This document shows positions 24,961 through 39,563 of a stretch of DNA of 64,000 nt, piece after piece; positions within the stretch are counted from its first letter, which is position 1; every line of letters begins with the position of its first letter. The DNA is from Octopus vulgaris (taxonomy: Eukaryota): NCBI GenBank assembly GCA_951406725.2, contig OX597816.1:134602001-134666000 (forward strand). The letters run 5' to 3'. The notes below the pieces were generated by a model. That model searched no databases. It saw only the letters and a program-made list of their open reading frames with translations, and was not told where the DNA came from. Made by a program: the position numbers and the translations under genes.

Positions 24961-26039
24961 TATTCCAGAAACAGCTATAAGACTTCAAATTTACCCTAAT
25001 TAAATTATTCTATATGTCTTGAGATACCTGTCCTGCCTTGGTTTTTGTTGTTCGTTTTTCCCCTCATATAATATATAAATTCTACTATTTATCTCATTTA
25101 TTAAAATTTATTTCCTGATTTATAATTTAAAAAAAAAATAAAGTGTTGGTTTCCAACACAGGCATAAGGTATCAAATTTGGAGAATGGGTTTTTGTCAAC
25201 ATCAGTACTTGAATAATACACCCTCCACCATAAACCGTCTTTGGCGAGATTCAGATTCTGAAGACAAAATACATGATATTTTATTAACTTTCTACTAATT
25301 CTATCAATATTAGTTTCAAATTTTGACACTTTTGAGGGCGGGTGTAACTCTATTACATCAAGCCCAGTGTTCAACTAGTACTCATTTTATCATCTCCTAA
25401 AGGATGAAAGGCAAAGTTAACCTCAGTGGAACTTGAACTCAGAACATAATGACTGACAAAGTGCTGGTAAGCATTTTGCCTGGCATGGTAACAAATCTGC
25501 CAGCTTGCTGCCTTCCAATCTACCAATATTGGCATGAAAAATGGTTTGTGGCAGAATAGGTAGAACAAAAGAACATTATGGCATTTAGTTGCATCGTTTT
25601 GAAATTTTAGTCCAATTCTTGTACAGGAATGATTCAATTTATTATATCTCTTCTCTACAAATTTGTGATGTTCTGCTAAAGTTAGAGATCCATATTATGT
25701 ATGTGTATATGTGTGCTTACATACGAACATATGCTAATGTATATTCATAAGCTATCACAATATTTTCTCTAAATAAAATGTTTAAATTATTTCTGTTTTA
25801 TTTATTTATTTATTAGTTATCAATGAATTACAAATCTATAATTGGTAGTTTATACTCAGAAACATAACTTTTTGTTGTGTGTGCATGTATTTTATAGTTA
25901 TGAACAACAATTAAAATTGCTAAGCTTGTCACAAATATCAGGCTTCACAATTTCTAATACTCTCTCAAGGCAATCTCATTTGTATAACATTACCAAAACT
26001 GTATCACAAAACTAGGATTCCTCTAGAATAAGACAATAA

Positions 26040-26450
26040 TTTTGCCTTGATCAGTTGCTGACCTGCTACAAAGTTCAAGTGATATCCATTTTGAAACACT
26101 ACTCACATCTGTGGAATGGAATGATATTGTTGCTCTCCATACAGACATTCTGAGCCAAATCCAAAAGAAGGTCTTTTTACTGACCAACAATGATAAACTC
26201 ACTAATATTCTACAATACCTAACATACAACTACATGATTTCTTCTCTCTCACTCATTACTACAACAGCCTGCTCTTATGAATTAGTAAATCACATACTCT
26301 TCACTCAATCCTATCCAACCCACCTATCTCTCTTCTTCCTTGTATTTCACTTTCTCCTCACATGATTCACTTTCCAGATTCCACACTAAATACATCACCC
26401 ATTTCTTCCTTCCCTGAGTTGTAACCCTCTGAAAATTCATTTATGCCAAC
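26040..26450 (+). mobile_element. Highly decayed CR1/L2-like LINE 3' region
   Basis: LSQIQKKVFLLTNNDKLTNILQYL...SSLSL...CSYEL resembles the post-RT LDRIQKKA.RLI...LQPL..RR.VASLSL..CS.EL motif. Confidence 0.45.
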
Positions 26451-27182
26451 ACTTTTCTGGACAATTTTAACCAAAGCTGAGCATCATCAGTTACTTCAAC
26501 CACATTGCCCCTCCTCCCTGATTGATATAAAAACAATTATTGTATCTATGAGTGTGTATAACTTTGTGTTTACTTCTATTTCTATATTTTGTATTTATTT
26601 TCATCTAAAATATTGTTTTAGTTATGTATTGTTGATACCACAATTTTTTTTTTAATTCATCCATCTCCATCCTCTATTCTAGAGAGGGTCATGGAGGGCA
26701 AAGTTATTGGGCACCTCCTCCATAATGTCCTAACAGGAGTAACCATCATTACACTTTCCAGCAAGATTCCTAAGTGTGATGAACTGAGACTATGGCTATT
26801 ATCTAACTTTCTCCTTCTTGGTCTACTGCCAAGAATCTGTTTTGAGTACTAAGTGGTGATCTCCAGATAAAATATTTGCATTAACCACTGAGATACCAAC
26901 TTGCTTAAGACTGTCTTTAGTTCTAAATCATTCATCATAAGTTAATGTAAGAACATTTGTTAAATAATATTGCAAAGACTGGATAAATAATGAAAATGTG
27001 AGTTGTTTTACTAACTCCTTTCAAATTCTTAATTATTTTCTTAATCAATTTATTTACATGGACTGTATTTCACAAATGGGTTAATTGGAAAGAAAATCAA
27101 AAGGTTCACAGAAACATTACACACCTGGAATAAATGTCATACCATGTGTGGTCAGTCATCTAAATTCAAAGCTCAAATCTTG

Positions 27183-29094
27183 TTTTGCAAAGAAATACTC
27201 GAACACCAAGTCAACAATAGGACCTCTCCAGAGACAAAATAGGGATGTAGTGAATAACCCTATTGAAATGGCAGAAATGTTGGGTCAACAGTATGAAAGT
27301 GTCTTCAGTGAGCCATCTAAAACCATGAAGATCCATGACCCAGGAAAATTCTTCAAGGATATTGACCATACTAAACCTACCCTATCCGACATTGATTTCA
27401 ACCCAGAAGACATAGCAAGAGCCATAGACAAGCTCCCCATGCACTCGGCTGCGGGGCCTGACGGTTTCAATGCCATGATACTTAAAAACTGCAAGGTACA
27501 ATTGTCGAAACCCCTTTACATGATATGGAGGGAATCTATGGAGAATGGCAAAATACCAAATACATATAAAGAAGCACACATAACTCCAATACATAAAGGG
27601 GACAGCAAATCAAAACCAAAGAACTACTGACCAATCTCACTGACATCACACATTATCAAGGTCTTCGAAAGAATAGTTCGTGGAAAACTGGTTGAGTTCC
27701 TGGAATCCAACAATCTGATGAATTGCAACCAGCATGGATTCAGGTTAGGTAGATCATGCCTTTCCCAACTACTGGCACACCATGACCAAATCCTAGAAAA
27801 TCTAGAGAATGGATACAACACAGATGTTATCTACCTCGACTTTGCCAAGGCATTTGACAAGGTAGATCATGGCATCCTGGGTCACAAACTTCGAAAGCTA
27901 GGAGTAGGAGGAAAAGTTGGTACATGGATACATGAGTTCCTTACAAATAGAACTCAAACAGTCACTGTGAATGGAACCCATTCAACACCATCACCTGTGA
28001 CCAGCAGTGTTCCTCAGGGTACAGTACTCGGCCCAATCCTGTTTCTCATCCTCATCTCTGACATAGATGAAGATACAACCAGCAACGTCTCATCCTTTGC
28101 TGATGACACCAGGGTCATGAGACAAATCAAAGACGAGGTGGATACAGAGGCCTTACAAAAGGACCTGACCACCATATATAAATGGCAGGAAACAAACAAC
28201 ATGTTCAATGATAAGAAGTTTGAACTAATTCGCTACGGAACAGATCAAGATCTGAAAAATACAACAAACTACAGAAACCCATCAGGACAACAAATAATGG
28301 AAAAACAGTATGTGAAAGATTTAGGCATCCACATGGGAACCAACCTAAAATTCAGAGAACACCTTGACTCAGTCTGTCTTACTGCAAGAAAGTACAGCGG
28401 GTGGATCTTGCGCACCTTCAAATCAAGAGATACCTCAACAATGAAAACCCTCTGGAACAGTATGATACTTCCGAGGATTGACTACTGTTCTCAGTTGTGG
28501 TCACCAACAACAAAGGGCCAACTATCTAAGATAGAATCGCTCCAAAGAAATTTTACCTCATACTTCTCAGAAACGAGGGACCTGGACTATTGGCAAAGAC
28601 TCAAAACCTTGAGGATGTACTCAATAGAAAGAAGATTTGAGCGATACCGAATTATATACATTTGGAAAATGATAGAGCAGAAGGTGCCAAACTTTGGTAT
28701 CAAAACCTACCACTCACTGCGCCACGGAAGACGCTGCCAGCTGCCACCAATCAACAAAAAGGCTGGCCAGGCAGCAAAAACCCTGCGAGAATCAAGTCTG
28801 TTGGTTCGAGGAGCACAACTGTTCAACTCCATTCCTGTACATGTCAGAAATCTATCAGGATGCAGTGTGGAATCATTCAAATTGCAACTGGATAGATACT
28901 TAAGCACCATTAGAGATGAACCCCATCTCCCAGGATATACACAACGAGCGCAAACTGACTCAAACTCGCTCCTACACATGTCAAAATTAAGCAGAGAATA
29001 CAACCTGGCAACCACACCAGACTCTGAGGGTGGAGTCTTCGACTTGGCCTGAGCATGGACTCAAACCCAAATGAAATGAAAATGAAAATGAAAT
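27183..29094 (+). mobile_element. 5'-truncated CR1-clade LINE with near-intact RT ORF and (ATGAA[A])n tail
   Basis: SAAGPDG, NY*PISLTS (stop at 27628-27630), QHGFR, YLDFAKAFDKV, VPQGTVLGP, FADD and LDYWQRL motifs; stop at 29052; tail at 29070-29094. Confidence 0.93.
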
Positions 29095-32000
29095 ATTGAC
29101 TTCTCTTTCATCTCCTCTATGGTCAACAAAATTAGTATCAGTAATCCAGCAGAGTCACAAATACAAAAAATTCCCTTGTTCCTAATTATTTTTTCACAAG
29201 AAAAAAAATTCAATAATTAAGGCTATTTTTCTTTTGGTGTGTGGAACACAAATTCTCAGTTCCTCTTTAAAGCATTTATTTATGTTGGTTATAGAATAAA
29301 ACAATATTGTCTCAATTTCGTCATTTACTCACTGTTATAAACTTTAGACATCTTTCAAATTATTTTTCTGCTCATTTTACTCCAAATTAATGAGTTAAAA
29401 CTATTATTGCCAGCCTAACACACAATCTTTCCTGATACAGCTGTCTATCTACAAGTACTTTTTAAAAAATAATTTAGATGTAAGGAAATAAATTATACTT
29501 AGTTACATAATTGCTTTTGTGTTTTTTTTTTGTTTTTTGACTAGGCAGGGACAACATGTAACAATAAATGTTTGAGTCAGCAGTTACCAGTTGTAACAGT
29601 TGATGTAAATGTATCTTTTTACAATTAATGAATCTTTACATCAAGAAGCCAAGTTTAACGTAGTTGTTAGCAAAATGTAATGGGTGTGATGTTGATGATG
29701 TTAAAGAAGAGAAAGAACACTGATTGAAATTGATGTTGACTCCAAATTTTATTTAGTTTATGTATAGTCACACATGACAGTGGGCTTATATAACTGAGAG
29801 TTAATTTTTCCTTGTACAAGTGTGTACATGTTCTTGTCATTCTAGTAGTAGAAAAAAGGTAGATAAAGTGATGTTTGTTAGAAGAGAAAGATGAGCTAGT
29901 GAAAGCAAGAGAGAGCAGAGGTAAGTTGTATCATAGCGGCTGGCTTTTTGGCCATCAGCCTCCAGCAGTGGCTGTCTCTGGTTGTCCCTCTGGTGTCTGC
30001 TCTCAGCAACTCGTATTTATAAGAATATAGACCAGCCAGCAAAAGAGATATATCGTTTAAACAATGGATAAGTTAATGTAAGATGCTCCTTATCTATTTT
30101 AACTTTTCATGGCATAGGAGAGGTTAAAAGTTTAAGTGGAAGAGCCATAAATTGATCCGGTAAAGCCATTTGCTGAATGTAACTCTTGTCAACTATTGTT
30201 TTTCTGTAAGAAAAATGTCGAAATGTCAGGGGAAATTTTCCAATTCAGGTTTGAGTCTACTCTATGCCTAAATGAAGTCACTACAAACATATTACTGTTG
30301 TTCAGGCAATATTTATGGAAATAAAAGAGTTATTATAACCCAAAAGAATGGTTTTACTAAGAAGACCATTCTATTTAGAAATCGAGAGATAATTGTATGC
30401 TTAGTTGGAAGATTATTGTAAATATTGACTTCAATGTCGTCCTTTAAAAAGATTAAAAGATTTACAGTTCTATATTTACCTTGCTATTCATATGTAGTAC
30501 ATTAGTCAACAGGGAGTTACTAATGAAACATTTTGATTAGATCAATTTCAATTATCTGCTACTGCATTAGTTCAGTATAGTTAATTGTCAAGACAAAAGT
30601 ATATTTAACACATTAACCAGTCTATAAAGGATAGGCAAAATTTCTGGGAAATATTATTTGAAACAGGAAAAATAACAATAGAACAAAAGAAATTTACCTT
30701 GCTAAACTTGTATACCTTTGTCTCTAAATAGCTACATAAATATAGTTTGTTGGTATAATGACACATATAGTTTGAGGGAATTAAAGTAAAATTAGTGACA
30801 TGGGATCACAGACAACTTATTTCTGGGGAAATAAATAGAAGAAATTGTGAAGAACATTTACTTGTGCTAACTGATCAATAAATATGTCCAACCAAAAATA
30901 CATACATAGAAAGTATTTGAAACCAATTAAGAAACCATATAATCTAGATAAAATCAACAGGTTTGTGGCTCATAGAAAAAAAACAATTGAACCGTGTGAT
31001 CTCATACATCATTCAGAACTTGCTTACAATAAAACAGTCTAAGTTACTATGGTGACTGCACATCACACAAGAAAAGACTGCACTTAACTTCCATTTTCAT
31101 TAGACAAAAGTGTTTCAATATTGGACAATATATAATATTATATAATGTTTAAATATTCTCAACTTTTGAGTATTACATCAACATCTAGAATGGTGAATAC
31201 TAGCACTTATATTCTAGACAAAGCCAAACAGCCTCTAACGGTGTTGCATTACTAACTGATTGATCCTGAATTCAATGTTGTGGGCATTTTGTTGTGTATT
31301 TAAAAATACACTTAATTCTATACATCACAGTTCATATAGAATATGTACCGAGTCCTTACATAGAAAAAGATTTAGCTCTGATCAACTCAATGTTATTAAT
31401 ATAAAATTAAAAAGTGACCCTTAAAATCACCCTTCAGTTTTCAAAGACAAGGTTTTTCATACATCTACCTAATAGTCTCTGCTCAATTGAATTCTTATTT
31501 TGTCTTGTACTCAAGCCAGAAAATGTTTAGGACCTTCTTGAGATGCTTTAAAGCTATTCTGGCCATCTCTGCTGTTGATGCATAATGCAGGGTTGGCATT
31601 GCTGGCCACTGTGCTAAACAGCAAGCCATATTGGATGTTACATTTTGGAGACTTCCAAACCATAATAAAATATGAACACCACTCACATTGAGGGACTTAC
31701 CAATGCTAATTGGAGAGTGAGATTCCTGGTGTAGACTAATGAAATATGTCTCAGTTGTGGCTCCATGAAGAAGAAATAGGAGCCTATTCTTTAGTAATCT
31801 GTTACCTTGGTTTCCCTTTGTCTTGATACTTCGTTATTTTGTGAGTTCTCTCCAAGATAACATTTTGTCATCCAATCAATAGCATCACACCAGTTAGAAT
31901 AAATTATTTAAAATATTGTGTTCACTTTCAGTACAAAGTACACTGTAGCTTAGAATATGAGTATCACTGCTATGTAGATAAGTTTGGTCTTTAATACCAT

Positions 32001-34236
32001 TTTATGACATTCATAAATGATTGGGTGTTAGGTGACTACCAACACCTGGTGCTTTGTGAACTTCTAGCAGAGTACACTACTGTGAGCATTTGGACCAAAC
32101 TTCCATATTTGTTCCATTCACATTTTTCCAGCAGTAAGTTGGGCATCAATCTCATCAGTTCAGAGTGCTTTGAAAGGTCATGGACATTGATTCTTCTCTG
32201 CTTATTAACTTATAATAAAATGGAAATATTTTAATATTGATACCTGTCTAAGGCAACGAACTGGCAGAATTATTACTGCACCAGACAAAATGCTTAGTGG
32301 CATTTCATTCATCTCTGTGTTCTGAGGTCACATTCTGCTGAGGTCAACTTTTCCTTTCATCCATTTGGGGTCAATAAAATAAGTACTAAATGAGCACAGT
32401 GGTTGATGTAGACCTTGTGCTGAAATTTGAAACTAATATTAATATCTATCTGCTGTATTAATGATATTGTTAGTTTGTTCATTAAAATGCTTTACCACAA
32501 CACTCAGCATTAAAAAAGTTTGTAATAAATATTGTATTTCTTCATGATGTGTAATGTGTATTTATATTACAAATTTTTTGCCAATGCAAACTTACTCTCA
32601 ATAGCCTAAAAGTAATTACAAAATTATTGGCATTAACTTCTGACTAAGCATTTTCAAGACTGTTATTGTTAACCAGTCCTTATCTGCAACCAGACAGTCC
32701 TTTGATAATACAAACAAATATTTCTGTAAATATCAAAGTACGATTAATAAATCTGATGTTCTCTGGTCTTTTGTGACTGTCACATCTCTTCAACAATGAA
32801 ACAGCTGAGTGTTTATGGATTGCACAAGTAAATCATCAATCTTGAGTTCAATTTGATAAGAGGCATTTTATTGTTTATTTGAAAAAAAAAAATTATGTAT
32901 GACCAGCTCATCTAAGTGCTGTTAATTTGTGCTCAGTCACTTAGGAGTGTTACTTGAAATAGGTTAACACTTTAAACAAGGAAATATTTATCACTTATCC
33001 ATTTGACATTATTAACCCTTTTGTTACTGTATTTATTTTGAGATGCTCTGTGTTTCTTTCGATTACTTTAAAATATAACAAAGAATTTAGTAAAATAACT
33101 TAGTTATCATTAAGCTACTGTTAGGAACATAAATTGTGACTAAGGTTTGGTGGAAGATTTTAATTCATTTGTACTACAGAGCCAGAGCCAGTTTCAACCA
33201 GGTTTGGTAATGAAATGGTGAAAAGGAAGTTAAAGACTGACTCCTAAAATCTTTTTTAATCTTGAAAACAAGTTGTGTTTTTTTTTTTTTACACTGACTC
33301 AATAAAGCCAGTTCCTTTAATTCCTCAACTTCATACCATCTCCATCTCTAACTCAACCCTTTTGTGTCTACAAAACAATCAGAAAAAAATCATCATCATT
33401 TAATGTCCACTTTCCAATGTTTGCATGGAATTTGTTGCAGTAGATTTTCTACAGCTGAGTGCCTTTTCTGTTGCCAATCCTCACTTCTTTCCAAGTATGA
33501 TAATTTTTTCCCCAAGGCTGGACATTTTTTTTTGTAGAAGCATAGAAACAATGGACACCACTTGTATGACAGTGACACTCATTTACAACTGTCTTGCAAT
33601 GTTGAGACAAGAAAAAAAAAATCAACTCACACATGAGTCAGGCTTCTTTCAGTTCCTTTCTACCAACTCCACTCATAAAGCATTGATCAGCCTATAGTAG
33701 AAGGCATTTGCTCAAGGTACCATGCAGTGGGACTGACCCTGAAACCAAGCAGCTGGGAAGCAAGCTTCTTACCCACACAGATAAGCCAAATATATGAAAT
33801 GTCCTCCTCCTTTAGTAATCTTTGTTACATTGATTTCTTCTTCACTTTGATTCTTCTTTATTGTGTTAACATTTTCAGATGAAATACTTTTAATTGCCCA
33901 ACCAATGGGTACAAGACTGCATGTAACTTTAACAACACATGCATTATAGGTTAGAAATTAGTATGATGATTATATTGACCAGTTTGGTCTTTAGTGTCAT
34001 CAATAGAACCTAATACTTTGTGTACCTTCAGTGGGATCTCTGTCATGAACATTTGGACCAGACTTCCAGTCCAGTCCACTTCAGGGACTTTTTTTAATTC
34101 TACAGCAAGTAGGTATCAGCTGCAATAATATCAGTTGGTTATCAACCACATCAGTCTCTCCAATGTGGAAAGGCTTGGAAAGGCCATGGGTACTACAGCT
34201 CACCTTCTGACTAACTGACGTTGAAAAAATTATTTC

Positions 34237-34462
34237 TTAACCCTTTAGCATTTAAACCAACCATATCTGGCCAAAATGTTCTGTCTGTTTTGAGTTAAAA
34301 CTGACCAGATCCAACTTATCACACCTACTACAATATCACTCTAAAAATATACAATAACATCATTGCAATATTGAAGCTATAAGATAATGCCTGATTAATT
34401 CAAAATGATGTGAATAAATAAGCATTATATTTGACAGAGGAATCTGAATGCTAAATGGTTAA
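34237..34462. mobile_element. piggyBac-type MITE copy
   Basis: TTAACCCTTTAGCATT...AATGCTAAATGGTTAA terminal inverted repeats. Confidence 0.7.
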
Positions 34463-34896
34463 ATTATCTATCTAATAAATAAATGAATTTCGATTAGACA
34501 GAATTTCATGAGTATTCAGTTGTTTGGTCAACTAAATTTTCAGATTCACTGAATTAGCATGCTACTAGCTGAGTATTCTACAGACATATATATTTCAGAC
34601 AGAGTCAAAGTGAACACAGTGTGACAAGATTGGATCTCTAATTACAAGTACAATCTATTTGATGAGTTTTTTTATGCAATTTGTATCTTCTTTTATTTTT
34701 ACTTACATGTTTCAGTCATTAGACTGCAGCCATACTGGCAGATTACCTTGGATTTTAGTCAAACGAATCAACCCCAGTGCTTGTTATTTTTTTTAATGCC
34801 TGGTACTTATTATATCAATCTCTTTTACTGAATCACTAAGTCACAGGGACATAAGCACACGGACACAAAGACACACACACATACATGTATAGACAC

Positions 34897-34946
<50 letters not shown>

Positions 34947-36799
34947 ACGGACACACACACACATATAAGTATATAAGTTGAATTTAGAGAATTAAGGTTT
35001 AGAATGTAGGCATTAAATGCAGTATCTAAACCTTGTTTCAGGGTAAGTCCCAGGTAGTCTGTCTGCAGAACATGTTCACCACTTATGGCTACCAGGTGTC
35101 ATTAGCGATACTGAGTGTTCATTGTTGGATCTACTTCTGCAATTCCAAGGTGCACATAGGGTATATTATCATCATCACCATTTAACGTCCGTTTTCCATG
35201 ATGGCATGTGTAGGATGGTTTGATTGAAAACTAGTGAGCTGGGGAGTTGCACCAGGTTCCGATCTGGTTTGGCAAGGTTTCTATGGCTAGATGCCCTTCC
35301 TAATGCCAACCACTCTGAGAGTATAGTGGTTGCTTTTTATGTGCCATTGACTTGACACCGACATTGGCCAATGACTATGGTCTCACTTGGTTTGACAGGT
35401 CTACACACACACACACACACACAAATACACACACACATAACAGGCTTCTTTCAATTTCCATCTACAAGGTCCACTCACACAAGGCTTTGGTCAGCCTTAG
35501 GCTATAATAGAAGACACTGTCCCTAAATGTCATGCAGTGGGACAACTTGAGGCTATAGAATATGACTGTTGTCCAAGGTGGAACTGAAATTGAGATCTTG
35601 TGATTCAGCCATACTTTATTAATTATATTCAGCAATTTTCTTTATTAGCACTCACAATTAATAGCCTTTATATATTTAAGCTGGTATGCTGGCAGAATCA
35701 TTAGTACATCAGTTAAAATGTTTTGCAGCATTTTATCTGTCTCAATGTTCTAAATTCAAACACATTTTCCTTATCATTATTTCCTGATAAAGCATTTTTT
35801 AGACAATTATTATTAACTAACCAATCCTTGTTTGCATATAAGCTTGTCTTCTGACATAATAAACAAACGTTTTCTGTAAATTTCAAAATACAATTAATAA
35901 TTGAATTACACACTGATGTTCTGTGTTATTTTGTTATTGTTATAATGACAACAAAACACCGAACTCAATATTGTTGCCATCCTACTCAAGACAATACGAT
36001 ATCATAAAATGATTGACAGAATTTTTTAGAAGCCAGCAAAACTTGTTTGTAAAAAATGAAAAATTGTTAGAAACTGTGCTGTCTTAAAATACGGGTAAAC
36101 TGGGTAGTCGCCCTGGGATTCCATGAATCTAGGGGTCCAGTTCTGATCAATGTGTGCCATGGCTTGCGTTCAGTAAATTAATACTATAGAGGCCAGTGTA
36201 TTGATTAGTCTGGGGTCCTGTAAAGCTCTTAAAACTGGTTAGAAATAGAAACTAATGTCTACAAAATAATATTGTACACAACCAATTTTTCAGAACTTTT
36301 TGTTTTAGATCTGGGCAGGAACAAAAATGGATCTCACTTTGCCATACTAATGCAGGTTTTGAAGTAATATTTGAATTGGCCTTTTAATTTAAATATGGTT
36401 ATACAGTTGATGAACCAATACCATATGTCTCACACAGTTTATATACAGAAACACCATGATCAAATTCTCTCACCTTTCTATACCCTTCCTGCATTGATAT
36501 AGACACATTTTTATGCTTTATACAATCACTATCACTTGCACTGTGATTGGCAGCTGGCATATATATGAAAGTAATAGAGACTAGGAATTTCTTAAAATCA
36601 CTGGGGCTGCAGCAATGAAAGGTATCTAGTTATTGAGCTGATTGCAAATGACATACAATACCTTTTATGTCTGGTGTGTTGCGGGAAATTTATGTGTGCA
36701 CTCATAAATATATTTAGATTAAAAGAGGTAACAAACTATCAGTAACCGGAAAATTGGTAGTGTACCTGTAATATCCATATAAGGCTATGATTGCAATAT

Positions 36800-38290
36800 A
36801 GTTGTTTCTTATAGCCAGTGATTTCTCATGAAAATGAACAAAATTTGGTATCATTGAGTTTTCAAGTATCTACAGAAAAATGGTTTGTCCCCTGAGGACA
36901 TTCATGCTGACATTGTTGCTAGATTAGGAAATGACGCTCCAGCTTTATCAACAATGCAAATGTAGGCAGCTTAACTTAGGAGAGGAAAGGAATCTTGAAA
37001 ATAACCTAAGGTCTGGAGGTCCAGCAACTGCCACACTGGAGGAAAACATTTTTTATGTTCACCACATAGTGATGGATGACAGGTGAATGGCTATAAATCA
37101 AATAGCCAATGCTATTAGCATATCCCATGAGAGAGTTGAGAATATTCTGCAGGGTGGTGAGCTGGCAGAATCATTAGCATGCCAGGCAAAATGTTTATCA
37201 GTATTTCGTCTGCCGTTACGTTTTGAGTTCAAATTCTGCCACGGTTGACTTTGCTTTTCATCCTTTCAGGGTCGATAAATTAAGTACCAGTTACACACTG
37301 GGGTTGATACAATCGACTTAATCCGTTTGTCTGTCCTTGTTTGTCCTCTCTGTGTTTAGCCCCTTGTGGGTAGTAAAGAAATAGGTATTTCATCTGCCAT
37401 TACGTTCTGAGTTCAAATTCCACCGAGGTCGACTTTGCCTTTCATTCTTTCGGGGTCGATTAAATAAGTACCAGTTACACACTGGGGTTGATGTAATTAA
37501 CTTAATCCTTTTGTCTGTCCTTGTTTGTCCCCTCTGTGTTTAGTCCCCTGTGGGCAATAAAGAAATAAATATTCTGCACAATGAACTTGGTATGAAGAAA
37601 GTTTCTGCTCAGTGGGTGCCACATCTTCTGACATCTGATCAAAAGCACATCAGGCTGATCACATCACAGAAAAGTCTGACATTGTTTGAGGCAGATCCAG
37701 CTGGTTTCCTTGAATGTTTCCTAACTCAGGATGAGTGTCGGCTTCATCACTTTGGGCCAGAGGCAAAGAGACAATCCAGACAGTGGAAACACCCTTCCTC
37801 ACCTGCTCCAAAGAAGGCCATCTGCAGGGAAGGTGATGGCCTCAGTTTTTTGGGATTCAAAAGACATTGTGTTTATTGACTATCTGTAAAAGGACCACAC
37901 CATCAATGCCAACTTGCTGAAGCATTTATGCTCAGGAAAACTGATGAAAGGGGTGTTATTTGATCAGAACAATGCTCTAGCACCCAATTCCTTGGTTTCA
38001 ATGGCTGTTGTGTGTGACTGTGGCTTTGAACTGGTTGATAACCCTCCCTAATCTTGATTGGGCCCCATCTGACTATCATCTGTACCTCATCATGAAAAAA
38101 CATATCTGCAGTTGATGACTTTTTTTGACCAACAGGATGAAAGCTTCTTCACCAATTGGATCCAAGTACTGCAACACATGGAAAAAGTGTGTTGACTTCA
38201 AAGGGGACTATGTTGAAAAACAAACCACATTTAGTCACATTCCATGAGAGTATCTTGGTCAGCCTATGAACTTTTCAGCTGACCCTCATA
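36800..38290 (+). mobile_element. Decayed mariner transposon interrupted by a SINE
   Basis: HTH region from 36834, WVPHLLT, TQDE, degenerate APSDYHL and GDYVEK motifs; right TIR ends GACCCTCA-TA. Confidence 0.88.
37152..37567 (+). mobile_element. tRNA-derived Nin/Deu-domain SINE with duplicated 184-bp body, inserted in the mariner
   Basis: 11-bp TSD AATATTCTGCA at 37141-37151 and 37568-37578; GCCTTTCATCCTTTCGGGGTCGATAAA-type domain. Confidence 0.85.
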
Positions 38291-38651
38291 AAGCTACTCT
38301 GAAGTTTCGAGTAGGTCACTCAAGAGATTCTTTGTGTTGAAATGCATGATTATTTTGTTTCAGTTAACCATGCTTGTACATATATTAGTTGTATGTAGAT
38401 GAAAGGATGGATGGGTAGCTATTGAAATTCTTCCAAGTATACATCATTAGAAATTTAGAGACCAACGTTGTATGTTGGTATATTATTTAATATTGTCATG
38501 AACATAAATCTTTTCATGGGTGGGTGGGGGTGAATCTTGTGTCTCTTTAATACAAAAGAATGCTGCAATAGACTATAGCTTTTGATCACCATCAATTTCC
38601 TTTCTTGGTGTGTGCTTCACATTCCCCATATTAGTCTATTCCACTATGCAC

Positions 38652-38715
<64 letters not shown>
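38652..38715. repeat. (GA)n microsatellite
   Basis: Seen directly. Confidence 0.97.
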
Positions 38716-38721
<6 letters not shown>

Positions 38722-38962
38722 ACTATCCCACTTCAGTTTTTTTGTCTTTCTGCATCTCTTTTTGTAACAGATAGTAAAACGTGATTTGAAAATTTGACTT
38801 TTATTTCTCAAAATAAATGTTATACAACAGTTTCGTGTGATATGAATATTGGTTTTGAAGTTTCTAAATTCAAGGAGTTTCACGAACAATTGTGTATCAG
38901 ATTTGGCGCTTTGTGTAACTTGAGCAGAACTCACTTTTGCAAACATTTGGACCAGACTTTCT

Positions 38963-39563
38963 TATTTCTTTATTGCCCACTAGGGGCTAAACATAGAGGG
39001 GACACACAAGGACAGACAAAGGGATTAAGTCGATTACATCGACCCCAGTGCAAAACTGGTACTTAATTTATCGACCCCCGAAAGGATGAAAGGTAAAGTC
39101 GACCTCGGTGGAATTTGAACTAGGAAAGTAAAGACAGATGAAATACCTATTTCTTTACTACCTACAAGGGGCTAAACACAAAGAGGACAAACAAAGACAG
39201 ACAAATGGATTAAGTCGATTACATCGACCCCAGTGCAAAACTGGTACTTAATTTATCGAACCCGAAAGGATGAAAGGTAAAGTCGACCTCGGCGGAATTT
39301 GAACTCAGAACGTAGCGGCAGACGAAATACCTATTTCTTTACTACCCACAAAGGGCTAAACACAGAGAGGACAAACAAGGACAGACAAACGGATTAAGTC
39401 GATTATATCAACCCCAGTGCGTAATTGGTACTTATTTAATCGACCCCGAAAGGATGAAAGGCAAAGTCGACCTCGGCGGAATTTGAACTCAGAACGTAAC
39501 GGCAGACGAAATACGGCTACGCAATTCGCCCGGCGTGCTAACGTTTCTGCCAGCTCACCGCCT
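38963..39563 (-). mobile_element. Same SINE family with three tandem 184-bp bodies
   Basis: One tRNA-like head at about 39510-39563 followed by three near-identical units. Monomer-type relatives lie at about 2990, 3230, 21260, 25340, 32250 and 58850. Confidence 0.85.

Noticed and set aside
28095-28110. CTGATGA matches here and at about 16930, 19225, 37941, 53585 and 63091 as hammerheads
   Set aside because: No stem II or GAAA partner; two of them simply encode the RT (F/Y)ADD motif.
29882-30050. 39-nt micro-exon (AG...GAG|GTAAGT) and nearby CTCF-like CACCAGAGGG
   Set aside because: Weak acceptor, no partner exons or recognisable peptide, and only a partial motif match.
38582-38946. ORFs with ER/SL dipeptide runs (also 53292-53594)
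   Set aside because: These are translations of (GA)n microsatellites.
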